This document shows, in pieces, positions 57,471-64,000 of a stretch of 64,000 nt of DNA. The DNA comes from the human T2T-CHM13v2.0 reference genome, Homo sapiens. Under the pieces are notes generated by a model. The model was not told the DNA's origin. It saw nothing but the letters and a program-made list of their open reading frames with translations, and searched no databases. Each line of letters opens with the position of its first letter. The stretch's first letter is position 1. The position numbers and the translations under genes were made by a program. The stretch lies in NCBI RefSeq assembly GCF_009914755.1, contig NC_060934.1. One strand, given 5' to 3'.

Positions 57471-60400
57471 AGGTACTTTACTATTAGCATAGAGAAATGC
57501 TACTGAATTTTGTGTGTTAATTTTGTACACTGAAATTTACTGAATACATTTATTAGTTTTAATTTTTTTTGTGGAATATTTAGTGTTTTGTATATATAAA
57601 ATCATGTATTCTACCAACAGGGATAATTTAATTTTCTCCTTTCCAATTTGGATGCACTTTATTTCTTTTTCCTTGCTTAATTACCCTGGCTAGGACTTCT
57701 AGAACTATGTTGACTGAAAGTCGTTTCTTGTTCCTGAACTTCAAAGAAAAGCTTTCAACTTTTACCCTTTCTGGATATTAGCTGTAGGTTTGCCACGTAG
57801 GGCCTGTATTACATAGAGATAGATCTTTACTATACTTAATTGGTTGAGAGTTTTCAATCATGAGAGGGTGTTGAATTTTATCAAATGATTTTTGTGCATT
57901 TATTGAAACGATTATGTATTGCTGGTTCTTGACTCTGTTGATGTGATGTATCATATTTATTGATTTGCATATGTGAATCATCCTTGCATCCCTGGAATAA
58001 ATCCCAATTCATTATGGTGAATAATGACTTTAATGTTCTTTTGATTTTCATTTGCTAGTATTCTGTTAAGAATTTTTACTATTACGTTGATCAAGGGAAT
58101 TGGCCTGTACTTTTCTTTCTTTACTGTATCCTTGTCTGGTTCTGATATTAGGGTGATGCTGGCCTCATGAAATGAATTTGAAAGACTTTGAAACAACTAT
58201 ATGCCAAAAAAATTGAGAAATCTAGAAGTGGTTATATAAAAATGGTATTGGTTTTTTAAATGTTTGTTAAAATTCAGCAGTGAAATTATCAAGTCTTGGG
58301 TTTTTCTTTGCTGATAAACTTTTTATTACTGATTTATTCTTATTAGTTGTTATTATTCTGTTTAGATTTTCTATTTCTTGCTGACTCTATTTTGGTAGGT
58401 TGTATATGTTCAGGAATGTATACATTTCTTCTAGGTTTCTCAATTTGTTGGCATATAGATTTTTATAATAGTTTCTTTGTGTTCCTGTGCTATCAGTTTT
58501 AATACCTTCTTTTTCATCTCTGATTGCATTTATTTGAAAATTATCCATATTTTTAGTTTAGTTAAAAGAGTCAATTTTATCTTTTTTTGGAAAAAACTGT
58601 TTTATTTGCTTTCCTTTATTAACTTCTATTTTGTGTATTTCTGCTGTGATCTTTATTATTTCTTTTACTATAGTTATTTTGGATTAACTTTGCTCTGGCC
58701 TTTCTAGTTCTTGGATGTGGAATGTTAGGTTGTTTATTGAAGATCTTTCTAATTTTTTTGATGTAGACATTTATTGCTATAAACTTTCATCATAGAACTT
58801 CTGTGTCTATAAGTTTCATTTGAGTTAGGATACAGTTTAAATCCATTTTTTTTGTTGTTGATTCTATGTCTGGATGATCTGTCCATTACTGAATGTGGTT
58901 GTTGAACTTCCCTACTATTACTGAATTGAAGTCTATCTCTCTCTTTAGTTAGCAAATATTTTAGTTATATTTGCTTCATATATTTTGGTGCTCTTGTGCT
59001 GGGTGCCAATATGTTTACAGTTTTTATAACCTCTTACTAAATTGGCCCCTTTATCATTATACAATGGTTACCTTTATCTGTTTTTACAGTTTTTGATTGA
59101 ATTGTATTTTCTCTGATAAGTATAGCTATCCTCCTTTCTTTTGGTTTTAATTTGCATGATATATCATTTTCCTTCCCTTTACTTTCAGTTTATATGTACT
59201 CTTATTGTTGAAGTGAGTCTCTTGTAGGCAACATATAGTTGAGTCTTGTTATTTTAATCAACTCAGCCACTGCGTGTCTTTTAATTGAAGAATTTAAGCC
59301 ATTTACATTCAAGGTTATTACTGATAGCTAAGAGCTTACTCCTGCCATTCTGTTGTTTTCTAAATATTTTGTAGAAAAAAATGTTTTTTTCTTCTTCTTC
59401 TGTTGTATAACTTTGTGATTAAGTGGTTTCCTGTAGTAGTAAGATTTGATTCTTTTCTCTTTCTCATTTGGGTATATATTGTAATTTTTTCCTTTGTGAC
59501 TAATCTGGCACTTTCATGAAAAATTCTTGTAGTTATGTAAGTATATTTTAAACTGATAAAAATTAATTTTGATTGCATGCATATAATTCAGACATCTACC
59601 CCACCATAAAATTTATAATTTTGTTGCCATAATTTACATTTTTCATATCTTCTTGACAACTTATTGTAACTAGGATTATAGCTTACTATTTTGAAATTTA
59701 GCTTTTCTACTAGAGATTTGAAAGATTATATACTATACTACAAGGATAGTAATAGTGTATTATGAATTTGATTATGAGTTTCTCTCTAAAAGTAAGGGTT
59801 ATACTTTCATGTGATTTCATAGTAATAACTCCATTTTGCTTCTAGTTGGAGCAGTCTTTTAAGCATTTTGTTGCAAAGTCTGGTTTAGTGAAAAATTTCC
59901 TCAGCCTTCATTTGTTTAGAAAAGACTTTATTTCTTCATTTCTGAAAAATAACTGTACTGAATGGCAGGATTTTTTTTTCTTTCAGCACTTTGAATGTAT
60001 AATCCCATTCTTTTGGCCTGCAAATTTTCTGTTAAGAAATCTGCTGATAATCTAATGGGATTTCCTCATATTAGACTTGATGCTTTTATCTTGCTGCTCT
60101 TAGGATTCTCTTTGTCTTTCAGTTTGGTAGTATGATTATAATGTGCTTTAGAAAGAACCTCTTTTGTTTGGGATTCTTTTGAGTTTCATGGATTTTGATG
60201 TCCATATGTTTCTCAAGGCTTGGGAAGTTTTCATCTATTATTTTTTTAAATAAGATTTCTGTGCCTTCTTCCACCTGTTCTCTCTTTATAACTTCCATAA
60301 TGCAAAAAACATGCTCACAGAATGGTGTCCCATATATCTTGTAGGTTTTCTTTGATTATTTTTTCTTCTTCTTTTTTCTTGACAGAATTATTCCAAAATA

Positions 60401-61000
60401 TTTGTCATCAAGTTCTGAAACTTCTTTCTTCTCCTTGATATAGTCTGCTGTTGAAAGTCTCAGTTGCACTTTTCATTTCACTCACTGGGGCTTTTAACTC
60501 CAAATTTTTTTAATGATATTTCACTCTTTGGAATTTGTCATACAGAATTGTATTTCTCATTTTTTTCAAATTTTATATCTGTGCTTCCTTTATCTTGCTG
60601 AATTAAAAAAAATGTTATAATGAATTCCTTTTCAGGCAGTTAAAAATTTTTCCGTTCTCTGGGGTTAGTTACTGCAAATTTATTATATTTATTTGGTGCT
60701 ATTCTGCATCCCTGATTTTTAATTTTTCTTGTGTCTCTGTTGATGTCTGTACATCTAGTGGAAGAGTCACCTTTTCTTATATTTTAGAGTATCTTTCACA
60801 GGGAAAAATTTTCACTTGCAGATGTGTCTTAGGGTGTCATTTAGGCAGGGTGGATTGCCTAGGTTCCAGGTGGGCACAGTGTTGTAGTATCCATGCAGTT
60901 TATTCAGCTATAGTCATCATGCTTGTGAGTGCCTCAATTGCCTAAGCTGCAGCAGCTTGTAGTTTCTTAGACACAGCCTCCATGCTGGGCTGATTCACAG
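57471..61000 (-). mobile_element. L1MA-like element, 5' part (ORF2 N-terminal half, ORF1 and UTR relics)
   Basis: [31 protein letters not shown]...GFIPGMQG; collinear with the segment ending at 51414. Confidence 0.85.
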
Positions 61001-61129
61001 GTCAAATGTGGGTAGGGGCTGTTTGGTTATTTGATCAGGCATGGCTTGTCCGTTGAGGGTGAATGTACCAGGCTGTTCTGGGCAATGAACAGTAGTGAAC
61101 ACTTGTGGCAGAGAAAGGAGTACTTCACA

Positions 61130-62050
61130 CATGAAGAGAAGCCTGAGTGGCACACTGCAGCATCCACTAGTGCCAAAGGATCCTGCTGCTACATGATAAT
61201 TGTACTATTAGGTGGCTCTGAAGAAGGGTGGAAGGGAAATGTTACCAAAAGGCAGAGTTGCAGGCAATGCCCTTGTTGAATATCCACCTTGTTTGGAAAG
61301 GGAAATTGTCAGTGATTAGAACAATATATGAACACAGGGTAATGGTGACTGACTTGTTTGTTTGGCTAGAGTTCTGAAATGGGAGAGAGAGAAAAATTAG
61401 GAGGAGGAGGAATGGGAAAATAGCACATGGCATGGATGGACATATTAAGTGGGGAAGAAAACGTAAAGATCTTTGCTTATTGACACTTTCCAGAAAGCAA
61501 TCACCAGGAAGAGGTACTAAATGATCAGAATGAGTTGTCTCGTAAGTTTAAACTGTCATACCTTACTGCAGTACTGAATGCATAAGTAGTAATTGTGGCA
61601 GTACACATCAAGGCTATGTATGGGCCCAACATTATGGGTTTCCCTTAACCAAGGGATGGAAAAAACTGCTGCTGATGTCCATTACTTTAGAAAATCAATC
61701 AGTTACTTAGAGGCAAATTGATTACATTGAACCTGTTTCACACTGAAAGGAGCAGCAATTCATGTTGCCCCAAAATCTGCACAAATTCAGGGTATGGTTT
61801 TGTCTTTCCTTCATACAAGGCTTCAGCTAATACGTGTATCTGGGGATTCAACAGAATGTTCATTCCAGGTTGATAGTTATGTCCTTCTAAGATGCAGTTG
61901 ACATAATGACTTGGAGGCAATGCCTTGTAAAGATTATAAAACCGATATAAATGACTATCATGACCTGTCGTGACTCAAAACGGTAGAATGCATAGATGAG
62001 AAAATGAAGAAGTAGAAGTGGGTTTATTGACTATCCCTTCCAATGATCCA
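61130..62050 (+). mobile_element. ERVL-class internal (pol RNase H/integrase) relic
   Basis: gcagagttgcaggca (AELQA), caaattgattacattgaacct (QIDYIEP), tcagggtatggttttgtctttcct (SGYGFVFP) in ERVL pol order. Confidence 0.6.
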
Positions 62051-62149
62051 CTAATGCATTTTTTTAAAAATAAACATATGCATTGAGTCAATTCCCAGAA
62101 ATTTATCATTTTTGTCATGTTTATAAAGTTTTATCATTGCAGTTTGGAG

Positions 62150-63200
62150 AAAGATTTTGCCAAGCTCCTCGCAGAAATGTTGCTCTGCTTTTACATTTCT
62201 AAAGGAAAATTATTTTGAAACTATATTTTTGTAAACAGCCAAACTATCAATCAAATGTGAAGGCAAAATAAAGATTTTTTAAGGTATTTATAGAAGAAAT
62301 GTTTTATCCACAAACTCTAAGCAAATTACTTGGTGATGAATTCAAGAAACACAAAGGATTACATTTAGAAAGAAGACATAAGGTACAATGAATACAACTG
62401 AAGAGAGTTGTGGAAAAAATGATGAATCATGAATGGATAAACCTGTGGAAAGCCTCAGAAAGTAACAAATCTAGACCAGAAATGAACGTGAGAGGTGGTG
62501 GAGAGAAGGATCTGTGCAGAGAATATCGTGTGACACAGATTTGTTAAATTTAAGGATATGTCAAAGGAAAATAGCACAAAAAGAGAAATGTATGTTCAAA
62601 TTTAAGGATCAACAAAATTAAACAAGAGTAGTATATATTATCAGGTATCATTTCACATTACAATAAAACTCTGATCACAATAATATAAAAAGTTATTGAT
62701 TTTCAATTTTGACAGTTCAATTATATACAAAATTAGAAAATATAACTATGTTAGATTTGGGGAAGAAGTATTGCATGAGAGCTAAAATAATTATTAATGA
62801 AAATGATAAAGACACTTATTTTATAATTATTAGAATAAAATAAATGTTTCAGGAATATTACTTATCAATGGGAGGAACTAAAAATAATATTTTAGGAGGA
62901 AAGGAAGGGAAGTCAAGGAAAATATATGTCACTTAACTAAATCTACATCGAAATAATTTGTCCACTGCATAGTATGTAACATTCAAATAACAACCAAAAA
63001 AAAAAAACCCAAAAAATTACAGAAGCATAAACAAGAATATACACTTAAAGAACTAAATGCAGTATTCTGGGGAGTGGAACTGGGAATCAGGTAGAGTGGG
63101 CAAAGGATTGGTACTTTTTACTATAAGGCTTTTTGTATTTGATATTAGAGTATTATGTTTTCAAAAATGTGTACACATGTTTTAATAATCAACGGTTGTA
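62150..63200 (+). mobile_element. Highly diverged L1M fragments
   Basis: cagccaaactatcaatcaaatgtgaaggcaaaataaaga resembles the L1 ORF1 end. Confidence 0.5.
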
Positions 63201-63604
63201 AAGCAACCAAAATTAACTAAATTTAGAAGAGGCATACTGTCTAAAAAATATATCAATGAATGTTAAAATTGTGTCTGAGATTACTCTAGCGGTTAGGAGC
63301 ACAGTGTTTGAAACCATGCTACCTATGATGAGTCCAGGTTCTGCCATTTAGTGGTGTGACTATGTTCACATCATGTTAAATAAGTTATTGCAGTGAGTAA
63401 AGGAAAAAAAACACACAAATATGTAAGATTTAGAAAAAGAAAGGATGATTTAAAAGCAAACCTTTTAAAACAAATTGTTATTGCTAAATAATAATTTTCT
63501 TTTCCTTTTCCTGGTCACGTGTGTGTCGTTATTTATCCTATTATCCTATTCCTTCTATTAAGAGTTTTTGTGTCTACTTTTACTGAAGGATGTTTTCTAG
63601 TGAC

Positions 63605-64000
<396 letters not shown>

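Overview
AT-rich, repeat-dense human genomic DNA (an AluYb8-type insertion, a human-specific lineage, lies at the right edge), probably intronic or intergenic. I found no recognisable intact host protein-coding exon, RNA gene or CRISPR array. Main content: a full-length processed GAPDH pseudogene (minus strand, 35.5-36.8 kb, with target-site duplication, TSD); a full-length but ORF-disrupted L1PA2-like LINE-1 (minus strand, 51.4-57.5 kb, 20-bp TSD) nested in an older L1; a solo MER9 (HERV-K HML-3) LTR; several MaLR/ERVL LTRs; Tigger/hAT DNA transposon relics; old L1/L2/MIR fragments; and 14 Alus. I did not find a new multi-gene system. The best leads are small: two locally templated insertions, a micro 3' transduction, an old twin-primed L1, reuse of one target site by AluYb8, a motif-dense enhancer-like block near 0.8 kb, and a unique island at about 14 kb with a 110-codon ORF, splice-like sites and a 71-nt hairpin. 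Repeat subfamily calls are from remembered consensus sequences, and boundaries of old repeats are approximate.
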